Source of the DNA: an uncultured virus (IMG/VR IMGVR_UViG_3300046002_006897)
Lineage: Duplodnaviria > Heunggongvirae > Uroviricota > Caudoviricetes
Length of the DNA stretch: 64,000 nt
Virus record (IMG/VR): IMGVR_UViG_3300046002_006897
Reading direction: 5' to 3' (one strand)
Positions 10,491 to 20,461 of this stretch are shown here, one piece after another. Within the stretch, counting starts at the first letter, position 1; every line of letters starts with the position of its first letter. The notes below the pieces were generated by a model. That model was not told where the DNA came from. It saw nothing but the letters and a program-made list of their open reading frames with translations, and ran no database searches. The position numbers and the translations under genes are program-made.

Positions 10491-11327
10491 ATGTCATCTG
10501 GTTTATATTCAAACAGATTAATTTCCAGACGCTTGGTCGTTGGGTTGATTACACCAACTTTGGTGATGATAACAGGTTCCATGACATGGACAGCTCCAAG
10601 AGCAATATCCGGTTCAACATTTTTAGTGTTAGTGGTTGGCGGAGGCGGAAATGCGGGTAACAACAATATTTGGGCGAGTGGCGGTGGGGGAGGCGGTGCA
10701 GCACACACCGCATCGGTTCAATTTACTTCAAGCGCGCAATATCCAATAGTCATCGGCTCCGGTGGAAGTAGAACTGAAGCATTTTCTATGACTGCATCGG
10801 CGGGAGGAGCCGGTGGCGCATATGGAATAAATACCGGAAACGGGAATGCAAGTTCCGCTACTCCGGTGGGAGTATTGCAAGGCTCGGGTGGCGGCGGCGC
10901 GGGAAGTTTTCTGGCAAACGGAACTCGTCCCGGAGGAACCGGTGGAGGATATGGATTTACAGGTGGGTCGGGCACAGACTATGGCACAGGCACTACGGGC
11001 GGCGGCGGCGGCGGGCGAGGGGCGAGCGGTGGAAGTGAAGGGGGGGCCGGTGGCGCTGGTCTCGGGTATGCGCTTGGACCATTTTCGGTCACGGTAGGCG
11101 GCGGCGGAGGAGGTGGGCAGGCATATTTATCCAACACTGCCGGTGGCGTGGGGGGAGTTGGAGGTGGGGGAAACGCAACTGGTACTGGTATATATGCGGG
11201 CAAACCGCAATCGGGAAATCCGAACACCGGCGGTGGTGGTGGTGGAAAAGGATATACCTTCGAATCTGCTGGTAATGGTGGGTCGGGAGTAGTTTATATT
11301 TTTTATTATACATATGGAGGATATTAA
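10491..11327 (+). CDS. glycine-rich adhesin-like protein (paralog B1)
   Basis: VLVVGGGG...NTGGGGGG...GGSGVVYI pattern. Confidence 0.6.
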   Translation: MSSGLYSNRLISRRLVVGLITPTLVMITGSMTWTAPRAISGSTFLVLVVGGGGNAGNNNIWASGGGGGGAAHTASVQFTSSAQYPIVIGSGGSRTEAFSMTASAGGAGGAYGINTGNGNASSATPVGVLQGSGGGGAGSFLANGTRPGGTGGGYGFTGGSGTDYGTGTTGGGGGGRGASGGSEGGAGGAGLGYALGPFSVTVGGGGGGGQAYLSNTAGGVGGVGGGGNATGTGIYAGKPQSGNPNTGGGGGGKGYTFESAGNGGSGVVYIFYYTYGGY

Positions 11328-11329
11328 TC

Positions 11330-12148
11330 ATGTCAGTATCATTAATAACAAATAAAACAATATCAAAGCGGTTTGTATTTCCGTATATATCTAGTTACCA
11401 ACGAATAGAAATAAACTCTTCTGCCACATGGACTTCTCCTTCAACGTGTAATGGATTTTTTGTGCTGGTCGGGGGTGGTGGTGGTGGTGGCAATGGCGGA
11501 GGCGGCGCTGGTGGAGTAGTGATAAAAAATTTTTCATTTTTGAGCGGAAGCTCTTACCTAATAACTATCGGCGCTGGTTCCGGTGGCTCGGGAACTGCGA
11601 CGGTGGGGTTTTTTGTAACGGCGTCCGGAGGAGGTTCTGGTGGCGCGAGAAATTCTGTTGGGTCAAGCGGTGGCTCTGGTGGCGGTGGTGGTAGTGGAGC
11701 ATCCTACGCGGGCGGTTCTGGAACTCAACCCGGCAGCACTTTCGGCGGATATGGAAGTCCGGGAGGAACGGGAAGCACGGACAGTGCGGGCGGCGGAGGC
11801 GGCGCACTTGCAACTGGTTCATTCGGTTCACCGTATCCTTCCGGCGGAATTGGAATAAACTATAAGGCTACTAACGGATACGAAGTTGGTTACCTTGGCG
11901 GAGGCGGCGGGGGCGGAACGTGGTGGGAAGTTGATTCGTCGGTATCTTATCCCGGCGGATTGGGAGGCGGAGGAAGTGGTTCATACACATATTACGTGGG
12001 AACTATCGCCAACACAGTATCTGCGCAAAACGGACAAACAAATACGGGAGGTGGTTCGGGTGGAAATAGTTTACCCGATGACGTTCCCCTCGGAGGCAGT
12101 GGAGTTGCACTTATATTTTTAGAAAAATATATAAATCCGTTTTATTAA
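11330..12148 (+). CDS. glycine-rich adhesin-like protein (paralog B2)
   Basis: Same architecture as 10491..11327 (IS.R.V N-terminus, NTGGG, GGSGVALI). Confidence 0.6.
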   Translation: MSVSLITNKTISKRFVFPYISSYQRIEINSSATWTSPSTCNGFFVLVGGGGGGGNGGGGAGGVVIKNFSFLSGSSYLITIGAGSGGSGTATVGFFVTASGGGSGGARNSVGSSGGSGGGGGSGASYAGGSGTQPGSTFGGYGSPGGTGSTDSAGGGGGALATGSFGSPYPSGGIGINYKATNGYEVGYLGGGGGGGTWWEVDSSVSYPGGLGGGGSGSYTYYVGTIANTVSAQNGQTNTGGGSGGNSLPDDVPLGGSGVALIFLEKYINPFY

Positions 12149-12804
12149 TAGTTATAACCGAAAGAATCAAAATCTATTTTATAAAAATTATAGACATTTT
12201 TTTTTATTTCTGGAGTATAATATGATAAAAAATCCATTTTGTCTGTCGATTTTAAAATGTGCGGAAATTTATTTTTTCCCGTGAGTATTAGTAAATCGGA
12301 AATACATTCGTCCATATTTTCAAACTTGTAGATTTTATCAATATCCAATAAATTTCCGCGCTCGTTTGCCAAATAAGAAAATTGGGTTTCTAGGTGGCCG
12401 TCATATAGCCAATTTCTCGTGGCTGGATTCATTGACAGAGAATTAAAAACAAATTCAGAGAATGGGACATTATGTTTGTATCCAAACACAGAAAAGTGAT
12501 ATGCAGACACCAGTCTATCATATGGATTTCTAACGACTGTTATTTTTCTGTATTTACTAAACTCTTCCGCACCTAAAATTTTTTTTAATTCCAATAGACT
12601 ATAGTGTTGCATACTTTTTGACATGCACATTCTATATTCTATGTCACTAAACGCATCAATACCAGTTATTTGTAAAAACGAATTATTTTTTTCGGTTGTA
12701 TAAAAATGCTCCGCCGTACTGATATCTAGTATATTTTCAATCGACGTTCCGGCGCATTTTGGTATATGAACGTGGAGTATGTTGTAGATTTTATTTAATG
12801 GCAT
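12145..12804 (-). CDS. sulfotransferase family 2 protein
   Basis: HIPKCAGTSI (PAPS 5'-binding loop), VRNPYDRLVSAY (3'-phosphate site), C-terminal Y..DF..FGY. Confidence 0.85.
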   Translation of the reverse strand: MPLNKIYNILHVHIPKCAGTSIENILDISTAEHFYTTEKNNSFLQITGIDAFSDIEYRMCMSKSMQHYSLLELKKILGAEEFSKYRKITVVRNPYDRLVSAYHFSVFGYKHNVPFSEFVFNSLSMNPATRNWLYDGHLETQFSYLANERGNLLDIDKIYKFENMDECISDLLILTGKNKFPHILKSTDKMDFLSYYTPEIKKNVYNFYKIDFDSFGYNY

Positions 12805-13790
12805 ACTATATTGTGTTTTTTGCAGTAATTTAAAATAAAAATATATTTATTTTTTCCGTCCGTGGGCGTCCCCGCAAAATGAATCAATGCAGTGTCGTCA
12901 ATGTGCTGTTTTTCATACAAGTCTTTGGCACACGATACGGCGGGTTTTACGGTTGTTATAGCAACAATATCGTCGAGTAGGTCGTATTTAACCAATTCCC
13001 CATATACAAAATAATGATTCATAAAAGATTGCTCAAAAAAATATATAGATGGCCAAACGTTCGCCAGCCATCGTATATTTTCAAAATGATTTTGCATAGA
13101 TAGAGTATTGTAGAAAAAAAACTGACCAGCGTTAAATATTTCTAGGTCATTAGTTTTTAACAATTTTAAATCTGTGGCGCTAAAAAATGCTAAACTGTGT
13201 GTTATTGTGCAAGACTTATACACATCAATCAGCTGGGGGGAGTTTGCATTTAATATGGGGGACCGCTTTGCGTGAAAAAAGTTATCCGGTTCTTCTAAGA
13301 ACAATTTTGAGATTTCTCCCACGCAAATTATATCGGCGTCTAAAAATAATATTCTCTTGTACTCATTTATATTTTTAAAATCAAATATCTCCAATTTTTT
13401 CATACTCGCTTCCACTCCGTCAATCGGGGATTCCACTTCATGAAATAAAATATTACGCTGTGAGATACACTCCAACGAACATATCATTTTCTTCGTCGGT
13501 GAATCTGTTATAATTAATACGTCAAATGGTGTGGCCGAAGAAATCGACTTTAAAGACATTTCTAGCAAAGAAATATAGTCCGCACCAAATGCACAGTAAT
13601 ATATTAAATTTTTTTCTCCTATAAATCCACTCGAAAGAACATTTGCTTGCTTTCGGCGTTTTTCTAGTTCATACAATATTTGGGCTTTATCGGGCGGAAT
13701 TCCTTTGTATGGAGAATTTTTATTCTGTCGCATTACATTTTTGCTACCTTTAAATGCAGATAAATTATAATTTCTTGTTGCTTGGTTCAT
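12795..13790 (-). CDS. glycosyltransferase, GT8-like
   Basis: ILFLDADI (DxD), FNAG, EQSFMN, IHFAG motifs. Confidence 0.75.
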   Translation of the reverse strand: MNQATRNYNLSAFKGSKNVMRQNKNSPYKGIPPDKAQILYELEKRRKQANVLSSGFIGEKNLIYYCAFGADYISLLEMSLKSISSATPFDVLIITDSPTKKMICSLECISQRNILFHEVESPIDGVEASMKKLEIFDFKNINEYKRILFLDADIICVGEISKLFLEEPDNFFHAKRSPILNANSPQLIDVYKSCTITHSLAFFSATDLKLLKTNDLEIFNAGQFFFYNTLSMQNHFENIRWLANVWPSIYFFEQSFMNHYFVYGELVKYDLLDDIVAITTVKPAVSCAKDLYEKQHIDDTALIHFAGTPTDGKNKYIFILNYCKKHNIVCH

Positions 13791-13850
13791 AATTTATGCG
13801 TTTTGATTTTCATATGTATATATATACAAGAACAATAAATTTACATATAT

Positions 13851-14126
13851 ATGGAATTAAAATCAACACAACCAAATCAAATCAAGTTTACCGACGAAGA
13901 AGTAAAAGAACTAGTCGCCTTGCGGAACACATATGACCAAATCACGGTCGAATTGGGAAGAATAGAGTTACAAAAGCGAGATATCAAAAAGTCCGAAACT
14001 ATGATATTGGACAGATTGTCTTTTACCGAAACATCCGAAAAAACATTTCTTGACAGGATAGTGGCCAAGTACGGAGAAGGAAATTACGACAATGAAACCG
14101 GGATTTTTACCCCGAAAAAAGTCTAA
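13851..14126 (+). CDS. small coiled-coil hypothetical protein
   Basis: 91 aa; C-terminal KYGEG..D.ETG.F motif frequent in large phages. Confidence 0.6.
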   Translation: MELKSTQPNQIKFTDEEVKELVALRNTYDQITVELGRIELQKRDIKKSETMILDRLSFTETSEKTFLDRIVAKYGEGNYDNETGIFTPKKV

Positions 14127-14236
14127 TAATTAAAATATAACAAGAAAGTACTTTTTCTTATATTTTTTATGTTTTGAGTTTTTCTAACATACTTATATAT
14201 AGACTTTTTATCTAACTTTAATAGGAGAAAAAACAT

Positions 14237-17227
14237 ATGGCAATTGAACAAAATGGAAATTACAGCCCTTCGGAACGTATCGTCTCACCGGGAGTATTTA
14301 CCCGAGAAATAGACCAAACGTTTCTTGCACAAGGCGTCGCCGCAATTGGCGGAGTAATCGTGGCACCCTTCAATAAGGGTCCGGGATTTTCTCCTACGAT
14401 AGTAACGAGCGAAGCCGATTTAGTAAGCATCTTCGGAGACCCGGATGGTACATTGTATGGACCAATCACGGCGCAGCAATATTTTCGCCAGCAAAACCAA
14501 GTGACAATCTGTCGCGTTGGTGGTCTTGGCGGATATGAACAAAAAAATGCATTGGTCATCAGCGCAGTTCCGGGACAATATGCAAGATTCACCGAATCTG
14601 GTTCTTTTACCGGCACTGTTCTTGGAGCTACCACAACATACACAAGCACTCCGGGTGAATTTATCATCTCCGGTTCTCTGTCGTTGAAATTCTCAAGTGG
14701 TATATATTCCGGCTCTACCGTTCTCGTAGGCGACGTGGAATTCATCACAACTGCTGGATTAACAGATTCAAACGGCAGTACATTTATTTCTTCGTCGGTC
14801 AACTCATTGGCGATTGTAAATACAAATCTCGCCGCACCTTCTGCGCTGATCAGTTCTTCGTTCGTACTGAATCTCGTGGATGGTTGTAACACGCAACTTG
14901 AAGTTGTTGGTAATCTAAGCGGATCATATGGTGCATTAAATACAGCAGTATTTACTCCGTGGGACGTATCGACGGAAGACGCATGTGGTAGCGCATCGTA
15001 CGCCACATCCGGCAGCGACGAAGTTGTTCTGGCGGTTTTAGCAAATACTTCTTATGACCGCGGCCAAAATCTATACGGATTCAGTGGCTCGGTATTGACA
15101 CCGAAAGATTCATCGGTCGTTGGTGCTGATTATCGGCTACAATTGAACGAGTCGCATTTCGACACGGGATTGAATGTTTATACTAGCGCATCCTACGGAA
15201 CCTATGAATTCTCATTGGACCAAGGCGCAAGTTCGTATATCACTTCGGTATTTGGCACCGACGCGAAAGCTGGTTATTACCCAGTAGCATCAGGACAAAA
15301 ATTAGAAGTTGCATACACATACGCAAACTTCAAGAACAAGACAAAACAAGTCATCGACGAAATGTTGGCTTCTGGTAGCTGGCAGATTAAAGTTACCGCT
15401 GTTGATAATATGGCATTCACAGATGGCGTGACTCCAGATGTTGGAACCTCACAATTCGATTTGACTAATGCTTATACTCCATTCATCCGTTCGCAATTGG
15501 TATCATCCTTTAGCGCCTCGTTTGGGTCTTCTCCGGCGGCATACGATTTGTTCAAAGTACAGACTTTGAGCGACGGTACAAATGCTAACACGCTATATAA
15601 GGTTGAAATCTCCAATGTTCGCTCCGCTGGTTCGATTCCCGGAACGAAATATGGTTCTTTCAGCTTGGCGTTGAGAGAATACACCGACACGGACGCTCGT
15701 CCAATAGTGCTGGAACGTTACGACAACCTAAACTTGGATGTTAATAGCTCCAATTATGTTTCTCGTCGGATTGGTGATGTTTGGAAGTATATCGACTTCA
15801 ACGGAAAGATTGTTGAATTTGGCGACTATTCGAACAAGAGCAAACGCATTCGCGTAGAAATGGCAACATCCCCATGGCCAATTGACGCAATTCCATTCGG
15901 GTTCGGTCCATACGCTTCGCCGATTGGTGGAGAATATGCTCGCTTAGGTAAACTTGCAGCAATGCAATATACCAGCGCATCTGTGTACTCCGCTCAACCG
16001 GGTCGTTATGCTTCCGGTATTGTATTCAATCCAGCACCGGCCAATGGCGATTCAGAACTTGTCGCCTTGTATCCAAATGGTTCTTCAATCGGACCTGAGT
16101 TGGATAACAAACAATATTTCTGCCCGCTTCCATTGGGAGCGACAGCAAATGCGAACGTTGGCTTCGACCTAGAAACAAATTGCGGATTGTCTCCACTATA
16201 TATTGCTTCCAACGAAAACACCAACGTCAAAAAGCGCCGCTTCATTCTTGGATTCCAAGGTGGATTCGATGGCCAAAGTCCATCAGTTCCAGTACTGGTT
16301 GGAAATGAAATCTTGCCAACCAACCAACAAGGATTGGATTGCTCGACAAACAAGACCAACGGTTCTTACGCATACAAACAATGTTTGGCTGCTCTATCGA
16401 ACTCAGATGAATGGGATTTTAATCTAATCACAACTCCGGGTATTAACTATGACGATCACTCTTACGTCGCATCGTTGGTTGTTGATGCATGTGAAAGACG
16501 CGGTGACGCATTCTATATCATGGATATCACACACAATCAAATGGCCGGAGAAACATCAATCCAAACCGTGATTGACTTGGCGTCTGAGTTTGATACCAGC
16601 TATGCTGCTACATATTACCCATGGGTTAAAATTATAGAAACCAACACGAACAAAATCATTCCAGTGCCGCCGTCCGTTGTAATGATGAGCGTGTTCGCTG
16701 CAAGCGATAAAGTCTCCGCCGAATGGTTTGCACCAGCCGGTCTGGGGCGTGGTGGAATCCCAACCGCAGTACAAGTTGTGGACCGTCTAACGCACACAGA
16801 ACGCGATTCTCTCTACGAGGGCCGTGTAAATCCAATCGCGGCATTTCCGGGACAAGGTGTAGTAGCATGGGGACAAAAGACCCTACAACGCCTACCTTCC
16901 GCACTAGACCGCATCAATGTTCGCCGTTTGTTGATTGCATTGAAGAAATTCATCGCATCTTCTTCTCGGTTCTTGGTATTCGAGCAAAACGTGTCTACGA
17001 CACGCCAACGTTTCTTGAATATCGTGAATCCATATTTGGAGAGCGTGCAACAACGCAGTGGCATTTACACCTTCAAGGTGGTAATGGATGACACCAACAA
17101 CACTCCGGACATGATTGATCGTGGTATCATGTATGGTCAGATTTATATCCAACCAACTCGCACCGCAGAGTTCATCGTACTTGATTTTAATGTACTCCCG
17201 AGCGGTGCTGTTTTTCCGGGCGCATAA
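14237..17227 (+). CDS. contractile tail sheath protein (T4 gp18-like)
   Basis: VSPGVFTREID N-terminus; WFAPAG..RG, WGQKTL, LDRINVRRLL, I.IQPTRTAEFI.LDF C-terminus; SD AGGAG upstream. Confidence 0.95.
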   Translation: MAIEQNGNYSPSERIVSPGVFTREIDQTFLAQGVAAIGGVIVAPFNKGPGFSPTIVTSEADLVSIFGDPDGTLYGPITAQQYFRQQNQVTICRVGGLGGYEQKNALVISAVPGQYARFTESGSFTGTVLGATTTYTSTPGEFIISGSLSLKFSSGIYSGSTVLVGDVEFITTAGLTDSNGSTFISSSVNSLAIVNTNLAAPSALISSSFVLNLVDGCNTQLEVVGNLSGSYGALNTAVFTPWDVSTEDACGSASYATSGSDEVVLAVLANTSYDRGQNLYGFSGSVLTPKDSSVVGADYRLQLNESHFDTGLNVYTSASYGTYEFSLDQGASSYITSVFGTDAKAGYYPVASGQKLEVAYTYANFKNKTKQVIDEMLASGSWQIKVTAVDNMAFTDGVTPDVGTSQFDLTNAYTPFIRSQLVSSFSASFGSSPAAYDLFKVQTLSDGTNANTLYKVEISNVRSAGSIPGTKYGSFSLALREYTDTDARPIVLERYDNLNLDVNSSNYVSRRIGDVWKYIDFNGKIVEFGDYSNKSKRIRVEMATSPWPIDAIPFGFGPYASPIGGEYARLGKLAAMQYTSASVYSAQPGRYASGIVFNPAPANGDSELVALYPNGSSIGPELDNKQYFCPLPLGATANANVGFDLETNCGLSPLYIASNENTNVKKRRFILGFQGGFDGQSPSVPVLVGNEILPTNQQGLDCSTNKTNGSYAYKQCLAALSNSDEWDFNLITTPGINYDDHSYVASLVVDACERRGDAFYIMDITHNQMAGETSIQTVIDLASEFDTSYAATYYPWVKIIETNTNKIIPVPPSVVMMSVFAASDKVSAEWFAPAGLGRGGIPTAVQVVDRLTHTERDSLYEGRVNPIAAFPGQGVVAWGQKTLQRLPSALDRINVRRLLIALKKFIASSSRFLVFEQNVSTTRQRFLNIVNPYLESVQQRSGIYTFKVVMDDTNNTPDMIDRGIMYGQIYIQPTRTAEFIVLDFNVLPSGAVFPGA

Positions 17228-17247
17228 ATCATAAAAAATTGATTACA

Positions 17248-17278
17248 AGAAACCCACTAAAAAGTGGGTTTCTTTTTT
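17248..17278 (+). terminator. intrinsic terminator after sheath
   Basis: agaaacccact-aaaa-agtgggtttct followed by T-run. Confidence 0.8.
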
Positions 17279-17329
17279 ATATAGCAGGATTTCATCATTT
17301 TGCCTACAGGGTCGTATATTTATGTTTAT

Positions 17330-18127
17330 ATGAAAACAAATTATGGAAACCCGAAGTCAATAAATAAAATTTGCGAATGGACTGGTAAATATTTCACGGT
17401 TGATTGGAAGCACAGAAATAAAAGATTCATAGACACAAAAGCCATGTATGCTTGGAGAAAATCGCAAAATCACGAAATTGTAAATTGCCTAAATTGCAAT
17501 AAACCGTTTGATAGATATAAAAGAATACTACACCCAAGGTCTGGAAAATTGCAGCAATATTGTTCAAATGAATGTAATGTGAAATCCAATGAGCACAAAG
17601 AGATGTGCAGAAACATATTTTTAACAAACAATCCAATGAATTCAAAAAAGTCTCGATTGAAAATATCAAAAACCAAGCTAGAAAAATACGGAAATTATAA
17701 ATACAACAACCCGGAAAAAGCTGCAAATACTTGTATGAGAAAATACGGAACAGCGTGCTATTTTGATAGCCCATCTGCTATATTATCAAACGGAAAACGC
17801 ATATCTAAGTTTCAAAAACAAACTTATGATCTTGTTTTATTAGAATATCCAGACGCGCGGTTGGAAGAATATCTAAAAGATGCAAGATGTTCGGTGGATA
17901 TATACATACCATCGTTAAAAAAAGCAATAGAATGTTACGGTGATTATTGGCATTGCAATCCATCAAAATGTCAACCGGATTATTATAATAAGTCTTTGCG
18001 CATGACAGCAAAAGAAAAATGGGACAAGGATGCCATTAAAACAGATAAGTTGATGTTGGCCGGTTATGGTGTTGAAATAGTTTGGGAAAACTCAAAGAAA
18101 AAACTTGTGCATTCAACAAAATCATGA
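17330..18127 (+). CDS. putative free-standing endonuclease (Zn-finger/KYG repeats + Vsr/DUF559-like nuclease)
   Basis: CxxC motifs, LEKYG and RKYG repeats, DIYIP...IECYGDYWH...VWE; ATG at 17330 preferred over 17300. Confidence 0.7.
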   Translation: MKTNYGNPKSINKICEWTGKYFTVDWKHRNKRFIDTKAMYAWRKSQNHEIVNCLNCNKPFDRYKRILHPRSGKLQQYCSNECNVKSNEHKEMCRNIFLTNNPMNSKKSRLKISKTKLEKYGNYKYNNPEKAANTCMRKYGTACYFDSPSAILSNGKRISKFQKQTYDLVLLEYPDARLEEYLKDARCSVDIYIPSLKKAIECYGDYWHCNPSKCQPDYYNKSLRMTAKEKWDKDAIKTDKLMLAGYGVEIVWENSKKKLVHSTKS

Positions 18128-18139
18128 TATTTATAAGAT

Positions 18140-18703
18140 ATGCATATATTGTTAAAGCACTTATTAAAAGAAGAAATGGAAGGAAATGAAAATCCGCTTC
18201 AAGTTCAATGCTACGTGGATATGGATGGAGTGCTTGCAGATATGGAAAAAGGATTCAAGGAACTTTCGGGTGGATTGAGTCCAAAAGAATATGAAGCAAA
18301 AAATGGAAAGGGCTCCTTTTGGAAACTAATTGCAAGTAAACCAACATTTTGGATAGAGTTGGAACCAATGCCAGATGCAAAAATATTGTGGGATTACATC
18401 AAGCAAAATTTCAAAAATCCACAGCCAGTTTTGTTGAGCGCGGGTCAAGGTGCAAAAATTATACAGCAAAAAACGGAATGGGCGCACAAACACATCGACC
18501 CAAATGTAAAAGTGATTATTGCTTCGGCGGGAATAAAGAAGCCCGAATATATCATACCACATACTGGAAAACGTGTGACCCACTTGCTCGTAGATGATAC
18601 TCAAAAGAATATAGATGCGTGGGACAATCCATCCATACATCGCGTAGCTATAAAACATAAAGATGCGGCAAGTAGTATAGTCAAATTAAAGACATTTATC
18701 TAA
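18140..18703 (+). CDS. HAD-superfamily 5'(3')-nucleotidase-like protein
   Basis: YVDMDGVLAD motif I; LVDDT..NI..W motif IV. Confidence 0.8.
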   Translation: MHILLKHLLKEEMEGNENPLQVQCYVDMDGVLADMEKGFKELSGGLSPKEYEAKNGKGSFWKLIASKPTFWIELEPMPDAKILWDYIKQNFKNPQPVLLSAGQGAKIIQQKTEWAHKHIDPNVKVIIASAGIKKPEYIIPHTGKRVTHLLVDDTQKNIDAWDNPSIHRVAIKHKDAASSIVKLKTFI

Positions 18704-18714
18704 GATTCCAACTA

Positions 18715-19452
18715 ATGAATTACCCACTATATCGAGATACCTTGTGCCCAAAACTTTGGGTGGCCGAAAGCGGACAAATAAAATTGAACCGAGAAGTAAG
18801 AAAATCCTTGTTAAAAATTGCACAGGATTTCATCAAAGAGTTAAAACTAAACAACGAAATAGAAATCAAAGCGACAGATGTTGTTATTATAGGTTCAATA
18901 ACAAATTATAACTGGACGCAGTATTCCGACATAGATTTACATATTGTCGCAGACTATTCTACGTTGAATATGTCAAAAGAGGACGCTCAAACATTATTTG
19001 ACGCCATCAAACGTCCGTGGAATGAAACTCACAACATAACAATGAAGGGGCATGACGTTGAACTTTATGTGCAAGATGTGGAATATACACCAACGTCTGC
19101 GTCGGAATATTCTGTGCTATCTGATAAATGGTTGATTCCACCAGTTAAAGAAAAACCGAATTTTAATGTGGGGTTAATCAAAAAGAAGTATAAAGAATAC
19201 AAAAACAAAATCAACTCGTTGATCAGTTCTAACGATGAAGCCGGTCTTAAGTCTCTACTAGATAAACTTTATAAATTCAGACAAGCTGGGTTGGATTCTT
19301 CCGGAGAACTATCCGAAGAGAACATCGTGTTTAAAATGTTAAGAGCCAAGGGGTTTTTGGATAAAATTAAAGATAGCGCAATTCGACTATACGACAAAAG
19401 CGCATCTGTAAAAGAAATCACTGGGAAAAAGTGTGCTTATAAATCTCCGTAA
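18715..19452 (+). CDS. Pol-beta superfamily nucleotidyltransferase
   Basis: IGSITNYNWTQYSDIDLHI (GS...DxD) and VELYVQD. Confidence 0.75.
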   Translation: MNYPLYRDTLCPKLWVAESGQIKLNREVRKSLLKIAQDFIKELKLNNEIEIKATDVVIIGSITNYNWTQYSDIDLHIVADYSTLNMSKEDAQTLFDAIKRPWNETHNITMKGHDVELYVQDVEYTPTSASEYSVLSDKWLIPPVKEKPNFNVGLIKKKYKEYKNKINSLISSNDEAGLKSLLDKLYKFRQAGLDSSGELSEENIVFKMLRAKGFLDKIKDSAIRLYDKSASVKEITGKKCAYKSP

Positions 19453-20002
19453 TTGCACGCTTTCCGTTTTCGTTAATTTCTCGCGTTCCAATCCCAGCAA
19501 AATTTTTCGTTAGTGTGGGAGGATACAAGCATGGAATAAACTGTCTTTCGCGTTGTGCTCCATCTATATCTGTACAATAGTCAAAGCCAAACCAGCTATT
19601 GACATTTTGCTCAAATAAGTATATTGGAACGTAATTATCGACTGCCATTTGCACTGCCCAGCCAGTTCCACCATCTACAAGTGCGGTTGAATTTTTTACA
19701 AACTTGCCAACCGCAAATACACAATCTGCACCCTTGACCTGAAACCAATTTCTTGCCATCAAGTTTTTTACATATGGTTTATTTTCGATATATTTCCAAG
19801 GTCGTTTCAATGTTTCAGCCGCAATTTTACATTTTTCGTATCCCTCATTCAACTGTTCCTGCGTCAATTTACATTGATTTTTACCGTACTGTACATGATT
19901 GCCAAAAGAATATGCAATAGTTTTTACGCCATATGGTATTCCTTGGTTTTCCCATTCCATGTCAGAACCTGCACATCCACCGCTATGATTTGTATAGCTC
20001 AT
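19418..20002 (-). CDS. SLOG/YspA-like nucleotide-binding protein
   Basis: HSGGCAGSD, GGTGWAVQMA and FAGIGTR motifs; start placed at MSYTN (20002). Confidence 0.55.
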   Translation of the reverse strand: MSYTNHSGGCAGSDMEWENQGIPYGVKTIAYSFGNHVQYGKNQCKLTQEQLNEGYEKCKIAAETLKRPWKYIENKPYVKNLMARNWFQVKGADCVFAVGKFVKNSTALVDGGTGWAVQMAVDNYVPIYLFEQNVNSWFGFDYCTDIDGAQRERQFIPCLYPPTLTKNFAGIGTREINENGKRAITEIYKHTFSQ

Positions 20003-20004
20003 AT

Positions 20005-20439
20005 TTATTCTTTCCACTCGCCAATTCGCTTCAATTCTTTCTCAATAAGAAACCAATCTCCGTTCGGTCCATCAAATCCGGCCTTATCATCCAAAATTAC
20101 GTTGGCATAAAACTTTTTACTAAAGTCGCACAACGCATCATTTGCACATTCTGGATTGCAATTTACATGTTTAAAATTTATATTATGTTTTTCAAGATTA
20201 TCCAACACTTTACTGGCAGGACCAACATGACTACTTGTCCATAGAATCAGTGATATATCTTCACGCTTGCTCCACTGTTGTAAAACCTTGATACAGTTGG
20301 GCATATAACCAGCACCATCGTTATTCAAATTATATTTACCCTCTAAAATAACATCATGTACATCAACAGCTATGAAGATTTTCTGCCAACGTCTTTTTGC
20401 TTTTTCTGTGAAAGTTCTTTCTATGTTAAATATGTTCAT
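20005..20439 (-). CDS. HAD-like hydrolase
   Basis: IAVDVHDVI, LILWTS, ILDDKAGF; start at MNIFN (20439). Confidence 0.65.
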   Translation of the reverse strand: MNIFNIERTFTEKAKRRWQKIFIAVDVHDVILEGKYNLNNDGAGYMPNCIKVLQQWSKREDISLILWTSSHVGPASKVLDNLEKHNINFKHVNCNPECANDALCDFSKKFYANVILDDKAGFDGPNGDWFLIEKELKRIGEWKE

Positions 20440-20461
20440 ATTAGACAGCGTATGAAACTGA

